DNA from: Paraspadella gotoi
Taxonomy: Eukaryota; Animalia; Chaetognatha
Reading direction: 5' to 3'
NCBI GenBank assembly: GCA_051294375.1
Contig: CM119269.1
Coordinates: 9,001,619 to 9,065,618, forward strand
DNA length: 64,000 bases
In this document: positions 43,200 through 55,662 of the stretch, piece after piece
Layout of the letters: each line of letters starts with the position of its first letter
Numbering within the stretch: position 1 is the first letter of the stretch
Notes under the pieces: model-generated
Told to the model about the DNA's origin: nothing
Databases searched by the model: none
Seen by the model: only the letters and a program-made list of their open reading frames with translations
Translations under genes and position numbers: made by a program

Positions 43200-43320
43200 G
43201 CACCTACAATCTCCCTTTCTGCCGCGAATATTGGCCCTTGGAGATGAGTTGAAACGAAATTGGACCTGGATTATCGTTTTCTCGCGGCACGACAGACGCT
43301 TGAAACAGCAATGAGATACT
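41040..43320 (-). CDS. Possible exon fragments of an unidentified gene (one segment weakly CUB-like)
   Basis: Minus-strand donors GTAAGT (~41968) and GTGAGT (~41932); acceptor after (CT)n at ~42702. Peptide fragments FLGRICVAS and LYCASVQYTAMQDPLGVKSASNGAEIFVRLEKTNEQRGFDIEF. No complete splice path was found. Confidence 0.25.
42113..42193 (-). repeat. 81-bp dispersed repeat, copy 2, followed in element orientation by a short (GCAGGTCACT)-like tandem tail
   Basis: Reverse complement matches 644-724; TGACCATGCAATGACCTGCAGTGACCTGC lies at ~42088-42116. Confidence 0.85.
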
Positions 43321-45008
43321 AACCCGAAAAAATAAAGAAAAGAGAAAAAAATGTTAATGTAAAACCGGAAAAAGAGAAAGAGACAAGAGATAAAAAAAAC
43401 AAAAAAAGAAACGAATTGTATTGACGTAGAAGAAAAGAATATAGTTATATAATGACAGAAGAATTGAAGAGATAAATGAGACCGACAAGAGAAAAGAAGA
43501 AGATCCACAACTAAAATAAGCTTAACAGAAAAGAGTACTCGTAGGTCGAATACAAGAGTAGTGGTGTGAACACACGTGAAAGTACCATACGAAGGCGAGG
43601 GAGAGATGGCGCCGGCGCCGCCTTTCGCTTCCGCCAGATGGAATTTCGCGGACTGTGTCTATCATGCGTCTGTCACATCTTCTATCATGGCTTAGATGAC
43701 ATATTGGCGTCTGTCCAACACCTTGAATGTGCATGAATTCAAATACGGTTATAAGATCTATGGATGTAGTATATGAATGCTCGCAGTCATAATACACACA
43801 GATAATTTAGGACGGCTTACGAACTACTTAGGGCAGGTCTGCCCATTCAAACTTTAATAATTAAATTGTAAATATTTGTCATCACTGTCTGTACTCTGGG
43901 ATAGACTCTTTAATCTATATTTGCTCCAGCGAATTCCTTGCATCTGATGACATGAAACTAATTAAATTTAATTTGCCATAGTGAAAAAAAATTTCGTGTA
44001 ATACTTTTACAAATTGAGCGAAAAAATATTTTGCTCTAAATCTCATGAAAAATTTATTATAATACGGTTATAAATATCATACTGCTAAATGCAAANNNNN
44101 NNNNNNNNNNNNNNNNNNNNNNNNNNNNNNNNNNNNNNNNNNNNNNNNNNNNNNNNNNNNNNNNNNNNNNNNNNNNNNNNNNNNNNNNNNNNNNNNNNNN
44201 NNNNNNNNNNNNNNNNNNNNNNNNNNNNNNNNNNNNNNNNNNNNNNNNNNNNNNNNNNNNNNNNNNNNNNNNNNNNNNNNNNNNNNNNNNNNNNNNNNNN
44301 NNNNNNNNNNNNNNNNNNNNNNNNNNNNNNNNNNNNNNNNNNNNNNNNNNNNNNNNNNNNCATACTGCTCAATGCAAATGGAAAGGTTTATTTTCGAGAG
44401 AATACTTTTCTTTCTTTTTTAAGTTCTTCAACTTTCCTCCTTTTCCTTTCTTTCTTCCTTTNNNNNNNNNNNNNNNNNNNNNNNNNNNNNNNNNNNNNNN
44501 NNNNNNNNNNNNNNNNNNNNNNNNNNNNNNNNNNNNNNNNNNNNNNNNNNNNNNNNNNNNNNNNNNNNNNNNNNNNNNNNNNNNNNNNNNNNNNNNNNNN
44601 NNNNNNNNNNNNNNNNNNNNNNNNNNNNNNNNNNNNNNNNNNNNNNNNNNNNNNCGCCGCCGCCGTCGCCGCCGCAGCCGCCGCCGCCGACCAACTAATC
44701 CCGGGTTCTCCTCTCGATATGACCACCCAAGGACGTAAAATTCACAAGAACCGAACGACAGACGGACCGACCGAACGACCGACCGACCGACCGGGTTAGA
44801 GCCTCTCGGGCTGGTATTTCTCACCACCGAAGGGGTCGATCTGAAAATGGTGAGTGAATGTAAATATTCCTGATAAGAGGATAATGATCAGATAATTTTT
44901 TTAAAAATTTATATTCATACATTTTTATTGATAATTTAAGCCTAACTCGGCATTTAAATTGAATTTCAGAATTTGGAATCAAAGTCCCAGTGGCCATTTT
45001 CTTTATTC

Positions 45009-45188
45009 ATACATGTTAATCGCGATCACAGTGCAGTAGCGAATGGCAATCTAGATAACAGTTTCATAACCACTGGTAATCCTGATCAGAGTGCCTGAGC
45101 CAAAAGCAATGATGATCCCAGTACGACAGCCAATGGAAATCTCGATCACAATCACATCTTCAAAGGCAATGGCGGGCCCAGTTCCATT
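45009..45188 (+). repeat. Six diverged, indel-free 30-bp units
   Basis: Units start at 45009, 45039, 45069, 45099, 45129 and 45159, with AAT at unit positions 10-12 and GAT...AGT largely conserved. Confidence 0.7.
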
Positions 45189-45349
45189 CTCGATAGCGAA
45201 TGGAATTACGACACGAGTGTCGATGACAATAGAATCTTTGTGGCATCTTAGTGGCATCGAGTGCCGTCGAGATCTCGTAACGAATGTCAATAAAGATCAG
45301 CCTCGCGGAAGATTCGGTTGTTTGTCTCGGAAAATCTAATCTTGAAAAG

Positions 45350-45720
45350 AAGATGAGAAGAAGATGAGGGTGAGTAATGGAAGTAGATCGGATGAGAAAG
45401 GGAAGAAGATGAGATGAGAAAGGGAAGGAGATGAGATAAAGAAGTAGATGAGATGAGAAAGTGAAGTAGATAAGATTAGAAAGAGAAGTAGATGAGATGA
45501 GAAGAAGAAGTAGATAGAATTAGAAAGAGAAGTAGATGAGTAGTGAAAAAAAAGTAGATGTGAAAGATGGGAAAGAAAAGTAGATAAGATGAGAAAGAGA
45601 AGTACTTAAGATGAGAAGGAGAAGTAGATGAGATGAGAAAGAGAAGTAGATGAGATGAGAAAGAGAAGTAGATAAGAAGAGAGAGAGAAGTAGATAACAT
45701 GTGAAAGAGAAGTAGAAAAA
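45350..45720. repeat. Degenerate ~22-bp minisatellite (GATGAGAAAGAGAAGTAGATGA)
   Basis: Read directly. Confidence 0.85.
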
Positions 45721-45914
45721 TGATCCAAAGAGCAAAGAAACAATCGTCTTATTAGGATTTGGAATCCAAAGCTCAATGATTCAGGGACTTATATTTCGCT
45801 TGAACGAAAAATTCAGGGGGAAATAAAAGAAAATCAGATTTTAAAAATCGATAATCCAATGATTATAATAATAATAATAATAATGATAATAATAAATAAT
45901 AAATAAATAATAAA

Positions 45915-46006
<92 letters not shown>

Positions 46007-46283
46007 GTTAGAAAATACATATAGAAAATAAAGAATAGATTCATCTCCCTTTTTGTACATATATATATACATACATATATACCCCTGGAGACGACAAACG
46101 ACCCAGATTGGATTTTCCCTCCGCCAGAAGATTCGATACAGGCGTCACTCTTTATCCCTGACTCAATAAATGTCGGGACCTTTTTATATCGACGGCGATT
46201 ACAGGCGTCGCCGTTTATTTCCGACTCGAAAAGAGGATTTTATTGAGAAGGGATCAATCGTGAGGGAAAAGTGATTCAGGGGG

Positions 46284-46339
46284 ATTATCACACTATTATT
46301 ATCACACTATTATTATCACACTATTATTATCACACTATT
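46284..46339. repeat. 14-bp tandem repeat (ATTATCACACTATT)x4
   Basis: Read directly. Confidence 0.9.
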
Positions 46340-46828
46340 ACAAAATGTTCTCAATGATGGGATTTGCAGAAAATGTTTTTACTATTTTCTATGCATCTTG
46401 GGTCGCGCGTTCGAGGCGTCGCCCGTCCCAAAGGTTTTGGATAATTATTATTATATTTTCAAACGGGCCGACGCTTACATGATTCGATATTTTATAAATT
46501 TATATTGAATGAGACATTTCGGTAAACGAGACTAAAAATTAAGTTGACTTTAAAAATAGAGGCTAAATCACGAATACAAAGAGTGGTCAAATGTGGTTGA
46601 CCTGACAAAAGGAGAGAGGCGAGGCATCACATTTTCATCAGGATTAAGGTTTATCAGTTTAAGATATTTTTAGTTGAGTAAGAGTTTCTTAAATTAATCT
46701 TCAAAGGTAAAAAATTAAGGAATTACAGATGAGTTTGAATAATCATATGAAATTATATGCATTCTTTTCGCTTAAGTTTAATAAGGTATGCTAGTGTATG
46801 GATGTTTAAAATTGTATCCATCTGCTAC

Positions 46829-47093
46829 TCAATCAACATCGAATTTCAGCTCCTTAATAGTTTCCATCTCATCTCCGCCAAATTTCTCCCAAATAACGAT
46901 TACTCTTGGCCGGGCTAACGATCGTAATAAATATCAGAACCTTTTTCCTTTTAATTCGTTTTGGCCTCAAAGAAAAACAAAGACTTCGTTCAAACTTCGA
47001 ACCTCAAATCATTTTTCACGAGAAAAAAAGGAAAAAAAGGAAGAAATTGTTTCGAGAAAATTGAAAAACGTGTGAAGAGAAAGTCGCAATGGT

Positions 47094-47135
<42 letters not shown>

Positions 47136-47292
47136 GAGTTGAGAGGATGAGAGAGACGCCTTTTCGGTTCCAACAAAGAAATTTTCCTGATCAAATCCGA
47201 TCTAAATGAACGGCGGTTCAGGAGGGGAAAGGGTGTGCTATAAACTCTACCGAGGATTTTCAAACCGACGTTGCAAGGTGTGAGGTCTTGAG

Positions 47293-47344
<52 letters not shown>

Positions 47345-47830
47345 GCTCTTTCCCGCAAGAGACCCCACAATACTCTATATCCTAACAAGGTATAATAACT
47401 GACGAGTAAACGAAAAGGGAAATTCTTCGAGGATTCGTAAACAGAAATTGAGGGTGAGAGAGAAGGAAATGAAAGGAATCGCTGATGAAAATGGATTGAA
47501 TTCGGGATGAAAATGGAATATTTGGATGATGAAATGGACGAAATTAAGATTAAAAGGATGAAATATGAAATAAAAAACTTAATAAATTTACTGACAAAAA
47601 TGAATTGATGGAAAACGAATGAAATATTCAAATTATAATAATATACAAAAAATCAGAAATCAAATTATTGAAAAAGGAAATATTTTTTATATATAAAAAA
47701 AACAAACAAAAAACGCGAAACAGAAAAACCGAAATTTTTTTTTTATACAGGCAAAAAAAAATGAGCTTTTTCGACAAATCTTTCAATGAGAGGGGAGGAG
47801 AGAGAAAGAGAGAGAGAGAGAGAGAGCGAG

Positions 47831-47897
<67 letters not shown>

Positions 47898-49054
47898 TGA
47901 GAGCAGAGAGAGAGAGTCAAAATCAAACTCGGATTTTAATAAAAAAACTTTTTTTCTCCCTCTTTTTTTCGAATGTTTCGGGGCGGAGTGCTGGTCATCC
48001 AAGAGAGACAGGATCCTCCTGCTCCATCCTCTCCCCTCTTAACCCCTCTACCGGCGCCCCGTCGCTCTCGACCCTCCCCCTCTTCACCTTTTGCTCCCCA
48101 AAATACAACAGAAACATCGCTTTGGCCCGAAGGCGGAGCCGACTAGTTGGAGCAGTCCTTAAAGTCTGTCGAGCAGCAGATGTTCTTTTCGGAAATTCCA
48201 GTGTTGAAATCAAGCGACGATGAATGTTGGTTTCCATTCTGGACGGTTCCAGTTGGATGTAGGATGGAGCGGTAGACGCTTTGAAGCTGAAAGAAACATG
48301 TCCAAAAAATTTTAGAAGCATAGATGCCAGAAATTAAGAGGAATTTATTTTGTGTGCTCGGAAATGGGAATTTTTGACGAATCTCGCCATGGCAAACAGT
48401 AAAGATCACTTTCTTGAGGCGATTTTCCCTGGCACAACAAGCTCGTTATTTGTTTTTGTCAAACAAAATGTGTTTTGTAAAAGATTTCTTTTTTATTTTC
48501 GGTCAACAACACAGTAGTGAGATATTTTTCTTCTTGTACAGAATTTTATTTTAGATGAAAACCTTTTGGTCAAAAAAACCCTTTGTAGCTTTTTTCATTC
48601 GTCAATCTTTGTCGAGATCCTGTTTTGACAACAGAGTCTTGATATATTTTTTTTACCCCACTCTTTTGCTAAATTCCATTTTATTTAACTTTCCTCTTTC
48701 CTGTTAAATTCCCACAACCCAAGGAAATTCCCTTAATTTAAATCGAAGAAGGAGAAAAAGGGAACTTACTTTGGGTGGGTTGTTTGCGGGTGGCGCAGGC
48801 CGCCCAGCGAGACTACTGAAACTTACACAAAAGGACAATCAAATTGTTAACACGTATATATGAACTTCAGAAAGAGAGAGAGAAAGAGAGAAGAGAGAGA
48901 GAGAGAGAGAGAGCAGAGAGAGAGAAGAGAGACGAGCAAGGAGAAGTTAGTGAGAAAGGTTTTGTTTAATTTCTGCCCAAGAAGTCTCCCGAATTTCCCG
49001 CCTGTGATTTCTAATAACATCTACCGAAGGTGGAGTCTCTCTCTCTCTCTCTCG

Positions 49055-49088
<34 letters not shown>

Positions 49089-49235
49089 TCTTCTCTCTCT
49101 CTCTCTCTGCTTCACGAATCGAGGAGAGAAGAAAATTCATATCGATGTCGGGGCTGGAAGAAGAGGGGGGGGTGGGGAGGTCTTCTCTCGATGGCGGGGG
49201 GCGAAAGCGGACGCCGGAGGAAAAAACGATCTTTT
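46829..49235 (-). CDS. Probable multi-exon gene of unknown function, divergent from DNAI4
   Basis: Three phase-compatible GT-AG exons (49235-49116, 48815-48770, 48286-48088) splice into an open frame: EKIVFSSGVRFRPPPSREDLPTPPSSSSPDIDMNFLLSSI-LVSLGGLRHPQTTHP-NFKASTAPSYIQLEPSRMETNIHRRLISTLEFPKR...LLYFGEQK. Candidate terminal exon 46914-46829 (RPRVIVIWEKFGGDEMETIKELKFDVD*). The start codon and exons at ~47.2-47.4 kb are unresolved. Confidence 0.5.
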
Positions 49236-50309
49236 CTGCAAATAAAGGTCAAAAATATTAAGAAAGATCAAAACAGACAAACTAATTTCCTCGGAGCAAA
49301 AAACCAATTGAGAAAAGGAAATATAAGGAAAAGTGGCCGGTAAGAGGCGGAATGCGCGGAAACTTTGAACCTGGTGTGCGAGAGACTCTTGAAACCTTAC
49401 GTTGCGCGAGACCTTTAACCTAACGTGCACGTACTTCAAACCTTTTTCTTTTTTCCCTTTTCTGTTTTGGCTTCAACTATATATCCGCATCATATTAATA
49501 TTATCTGAATTTTGAAATGATCAGGAAACAAATTTGAGTTATTTTTAGCTCAGGTTTGATCTTCTTCGTTTTCAGTTGTGGAGTGGGGGATTTTTGGAAT
49601 TTTCATTATCTTTTTATTTCATCGGGAATTTTTTTCTTGAACAAATATTAATCCAGATGAAAAAAAAAGGTGTTATTCGCATTTTGCAATTAACCCGATG
49701 TACGGATTGCGCTAAGCTTTTGCGAATACTTTTCGATTTTAGCGCATTGCATGGTTTTTGTTTGAACTCTGTTGAAAGTTAATGCACAAAATACTCAGTC
49801 TTAGTCTTAACTGAAGCAACTTACGATATCTTGAAAAATTTTTCTCTTATCTTGACTACAAACTTCTTTTTGACATTTTGACGTTTTATACCTTTCAAGA
49901 TTCAAGATGCCAAACGAAGGTAAATCGAAATAATGACAAAATGCATAATTTAATAAATAAAAATAATTTTATGATATTCCTCGAGAAAGCTTACTTCCTC
50001 CCTTATGCCTCCGAACGAAGTTCCTGTCGTCGTAGAATCTCAGGTTTTGCAAAAATTCTCGGAATTAAAAATGGGAAACATTTTTTTACATTTTATATTT
50101 TTTTAATTTTTAATATTTTAAATCTTTAAACGCTTATGAAATTTCTTCCAGTCGCGTAACTAAAGGTTTTGTTTCTGTAATTATAATCTCCGGGATCATA
50201 CGTATAGAAAACTACGAGTGCAAATAATATATTGAGAAATCTAATTAGAAATAGTATTGTAATACACAAACTTTAAAAGCAGAACGTCAATGCGAATTCA
50301 GCTGTGGAC

Positions 50310-53300
50310 ATGGAGAGACGAATGACCGACAAAAAAGCATCGACCACCCAAATTCTATGGACTTAAAGTCAAAGACAATGGTTTTGTTGTGTGTTGTAAT
50401 TGTTGTTGTTGTTGTTATTGCTTTAGTTTTTTGATGATGCCATGGACATTGATAATGATGATGTTATCGCATGATTAGATGATAGAAAATAAATATTTTT
50501 GATGATAATTTTTATTATGTTCTCGTTTTTTTAATGATTTTGTTGTTGTTATTTTAACACGAAATGAGACCGTCATTGTTACTTTATGAATGGACAGAAC
50601 ACCGAAAAATCTACTGACCCACAGTCGACCCGGTTGCTCCATCTACAACGCCGGACCCAACCTGGAGGATCTGCCCAGGCCTGGCGCTCCAAGGTTGGAT
50701 CAACGACGGGTCCCATGGAGCCGAGAGGTGGTGAAGCGGGAGGGACGTGGGGTGGATGGGTTGAAGGAGGAAAGAGGAAAGGAGGAAGGAAAGGAATGGA
50801 AAGAGAAAGGAAAGGAAGGAAAGGAAAGGAAAGGAGGAAGAAAAGGAGAAGAAAGAATAAAAGGAAAGAAAAAGAAGAAAAGAAGAAAGAAAGAAAGAAA
50901 AGAAAGAAAAGAAAAGAAAAGAAAAGAAAAGAAAAGAAAAGGAAAGAAAGGAATAGACGAGGACAGCATGAAGAAGAGACGTTGTAAAAGAAATGACTGA
51001 ATGGGGAAAAAATATAAAGTAAAAAATGTAAAATGTAGTGAGTTAAATTTAAATAGGCAAAAGACAAAAAAAAAAGATAATTGAAGAAAACAGGACTATT
51101 ATGTTTTAAATTTACAAACATTTAAACATTTTAAAAAAAAGTTTAATTTTACTGTTAATATTAAACCATTTAATCAGTAGCCCAACTTTCCACCCTAGTT
51201 AGGCCCAACCTAGACCATCCTCATCTTCATCCCAACCCCTTTCACCCCCTTTCCTCGCCACTCTTTCGCCCCCCCCCATCACCAGCCATGACGCGGCCAA
51301 CTTGGCGGGAATCTCCGCGCGGGTCCGGCTCAGAAGACGTCGCCATGGGAGTCGAGGGCGGATCCGTTCCACACTGCAAGAAGATCTTGTCGAAGAGGGG
51401 AGTCCAAAGCGAGCCGAGATGGCGCTTCAGAGGAACCCTTGATTTGGAATCACGGGCTCAGGTTGGCTTGGGGAAATATTAATCAAATATAAATACGATA
51501 TTATATCATTTGTAATGAAATTTGCAATTACTTGTTTCACTATTTTCTATTTATATTTTATGAAGGATTTATTTTTAATCTATTATTTATTTAAATATAT
51601 ATTGTTTATTGCTTTTAAAAAAAAATTATTTATCATTTATATCTAATAACTTATTTTTCGGGAGGGAAGGGGAAGTTTAGTGTTGTCTTCTGGAAATAGA
51701 AGGGAGCATCTATACAACAGAAGGTTAGATTACAATCTTGTCCTAGTTTATCTAATAGCCATATCCACACATCATTCCTGTTTAGAAAGTCTTTTAATGA
51801 AAAATGCATAATATTATATAAAACTTTTAACTTAATAAATGCCGTAACAAAGTGAAATATAAAATAATTATTTTGTTATCGATCGTTAAATTTAATTCTT
51901 GAAGGAAGTAAAATAGACTTAGCCTAACTAAACTATTTTAATCAATACGAAACTCTAATTTCCTTATCCTACTATATCTCTCTAATATTTCCATAATTCA
52001 CACCGATCCATTTTTCCCTCCGGCTCCTTTGACCCCTGCTCCTTTCTTATTTCGCTTAACTTCCCTCCCTAATCTCTTCTTTCCCTTCTTCCATTCTTCC
52101 CTTTCCCCGTTCTCTAAGCGCCTTCCCCCCTCCTCCACTTTCCCCCCGCTCTAACTATCCCTTCTTCCTCTTTCTTCCATCTTCCCTTTCCCCGCTTTCT
52201 CTAAGCGGCCTTCTCCCCTCTCCACTTTGCCCCCCGCTCTAACTATTCCCGTTCTTCCATCTTCCCTTTCCCCGCTTCTCTAATTGGCCTTCTCCCCTCC
52301 TCCACCTTCTTCTCCCCCCGCTCTAAACTTTCCCTTCTGCCATCTTCCCTTTTCCCCGCTTCTCTAAGCGACCTTCTCCCCTCCTCACTTTCCCCCGCTC
52401 TAACTATCCCTGCTGGTCTACCCTAAACCATTGCTCCTCTATCCCTACTCCCCCCACTTTCCCGCGCTCAACTTACCCCACCTACCCCCGCTCCAGCGAC
52501 GTGGCGGTGGAGTTGGGCGCGATGCAACGCGACCCGATCGTCAACTGGGCTGAAGAACAAAGGAGATTCTCTGTGTTGAGCAAAAGAGAAAAAGCCAAGG
52601 CGGACGAGACGGTGGTCAAAGTGACGCTGGCGGATACGAGGATGGAGATCATCTGTGACCTTTTGCCGAGGTGAGAATATGGTTACAGACGATGAGAAAG
52701 GTTTGGAGATCGTCTGTGATCTATTGTCGAGGTGAATAAGAAGTTATGGACGATGAGAAAGGGATAACAATAAGGTTACAGATTATAAAAAGGGAAGAGA
52801 TCATATGTGACCTCTTCACTAAAATAGAATAAGGTTACAGATGATGAGTGAGGATGAAGCTCATCTGTGACATCTTCCCGAAGGAGAATGAGGTAACAAA
52901 TGATGAGAAAGGCGTTGAGGTCATCTGGTACCCGCTCTCTTTTGTTCTATCATGGAAATCATCTATGCCTTATTGCCGACGGGCGGGAAATATTCAAATT
53001 GAAATCAGGAAAGAGTGATAATATAAATCACAGTTAACCTTTACAAATATTGTGATTGTGAAAATTGTAATGTGTTAGTAGATGTGATTAGGCAAGAAGC
53101 AACAACAGGAAAGAATTCACTTCCATAATAACTCTTTTTTTAATTAATATTAAAAAATTAATATCAGCGAGACAGTAACAAAAAGACGCAATAACATGGT
53201 TTGATCCCAACTAATTCAATCGACCTGTCGTGTCGTGTCATGTCATGTCAGATGCAAGATCGTGGAAAAGGACACGGACCTCGACGAAACGGCGATGAAG

Positions 53301-53788
53301 AATAAACTCTACGACGAATTCTTGGTTTTTCGCGCGGGAAACGAAAACTATATCCCGAAGTCAAGTCAGACAATCAACGACGCCCCAAAGACCAAAGGGA
53401 CGCAGACATATTGGATTCAGAGTAAAGGGGGGGAGGAAGGGAGATGGAGGAAGGGAGAGGGGGAGGGAGAGGAAGGGAGAGGGAGAAGTCTAAGAAGATA
53501 TAATTGAAAAAGAGGGAATGGGAAGGGGAGAAGAAGTGGTGGGACTGGGGGAAGAGAGAATTAAGTGCAGTGCAAAGAATAAAGAGAGAAAAATAATAAA
53601 ATAGATAATAACATATAATATAATATATACAAGCTTAGTGAAGAGGAGTAATTTAATGTAGAAGAAAAGAAAAGAAGAGAAAAAAAGTGCAAAGAAAAGA
53701 ATTGAGAATGGACAATGGAGAAAGAGAAGAGAAAGAAATAAGAAGAGAGTAAAAAAGAGGTGGAAAAGAAAGAAAGAGAAAAAACTCC

Positions 53789-53825
<37 letters not shown>

Positions 53826-55608
53826 CTCTCTTCTCTCTCTCTCTCTTTCACATCTTCAGCGGCGACACAGTCGACCCAAGCCTCCGTCTCTGAGATCTAC
53901 GACACCCACGAACACTTGGCGGCGCAGCAAGAACAGATAGTCAAGGAGGCCGCCGACAAGGCCAATCCATTTCGGACGGGTATATCTGTCTGTCTGTCCG
54001 TTTTTATTTTTTTATCTCTGACTGTCCGTTCATTTGTCAATAGAACATTATAACCTCTGACTTTCGTTTCTTTATCAGTGAACGTTAATTATGAACCGGG
54101 CGGTTCGGACGAGGAAGGCGCATCCTCTGAAGGTCAGTTCATTCTCTCTCTATCTTTTCTAAAATAACTTACCTGTCAATAAACTTACCTTGCCCCTTTC
54201 CTTCGCCTCAAAAGAAAACGAAGAATCGGAGGAAGGAAGCGACACAACGATCGACATAACATCCGTCGTGAATTCGGGTGAGTTTAAGCTGCGGCAGTTG
54301 CTTTAATTTAAGCTGCTAGAGTTGCTTTAATTTAAGCTGCTGGAGTTGCTTTAATTTAAATTGCTGCAGTTTCTTTAATTTAAGCGGCTGCAGTTGCTTT
54401 AATTTAAGCTGCTGGAGTTGCTTTAATTTAAGCTGCTCGAGTTGCTTTAATTTAAGCTGCTGAGTTGCTTTAATTTAAGCTGTTGGAGTTGCTTTAATTT
54501 AAGCTGGTCCAATAACTGCTGCAGGAACTGTTGGTAAAAATTCTTCGACTAAGGCTGCTGAGAATGCAGCTGCTCAAACTACTGGTGTTATAATTGCAGT
54601 TACTGTAACTAAAGCTGCTTAAACTACAACTACAGCAACATTTGCTTTATATATAGTACATACAGCTGTAGATCACCAGCTCCTGCAGCTGTTTTAACTC
54701 AAACGGCTCCCCTACGACACTGCTCATCGATCAGGCATGATGACCGCCTTCAAAGTCCGCGGGAACGAGAAGTGCCTAAAGACCGAAGCCTTTCGTCAAC
54801 ACCTCTACATGATGGAGAGGGCGCTCAACATGAATACTTACCAAGATCTCATCGCCGAGTTTAAACATTTTGGATTCGAAAAACCGGGTAAGTAGATGGT
54901 GGGGAATCGGGTGGTGGTTTGTAAAAGTTCTTTTGTATGTATTATAAGTTTGTACAGCTACAATTTGCATTTGTACCAAATGTAACTTTACGTAATGAAT
55001 GACGAAATGGAACTAAAATTTTCATTTCTTTTACGCAATTCTTTCAGCTCCAGCGGAGACTCCGACCGAGGGTGACCAACTAGCGGCGCCCGAGAAAATT
55101 ACTCTCTCACCTCTTTGGGTCTGGAGTTGTGAAGGTAAGGTTAAACAGAGCGGCGATGAACTCACCCTAAAACTAAGCCGCACGTCCCACCCCTTTCGCC
55201 CAGAACTGATCCAAGGTCGACCAGTGACCTGCATGACCTGGAACAAAACCAACTCCAATCTACTCGTCGTTGGCTACGGACGAATCGGCGAGGATGGAAT
55301 CGTTTGCGGATGGAATGTCAAGAATTTGGAATATCCGGAGAGGATATTTAGGAGGCAATGAGGAGAGGAGTTGGGGAGAGAGGGGGAGTCAAGGAGAGCC
55401 AAGTTGGCGATGAGGCGATGAAAGTGAAAAGTGATAAAAAGCTACATTAAAGTTACATTAAATGAAACTACTGTAAATTATGAAAAAAAAGTTTGGCGGT
55501 TGAGCTGAGCTTTGACTCTAAAAAAAAGGCTTCGATCTTCCCCTTCTCATTTTTTTTTCTTGTTTCCTCTTCCTCCTTTCTGTCCTTTTCATCTCTCTCC
55601 TCCTCTCC

Positions 55609-55662
<54 letters not shown>

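Noticed and set aside
50575-50595. Non-canonical acceptor (…TTTAT|GA) for DNAI4 intron 1
   Set aside because: Neighbouring exons also need single-base fixes, so a sequencing error in TTTAG is more parsimonious. Reads are needed to settle it.
54283-54506. CRISPR-like array of 24-bp palindromic repeats
   Set aside because: Units are contiguous without unique spacers, there are no cas genes, and it lies in a eukaryotic intron.
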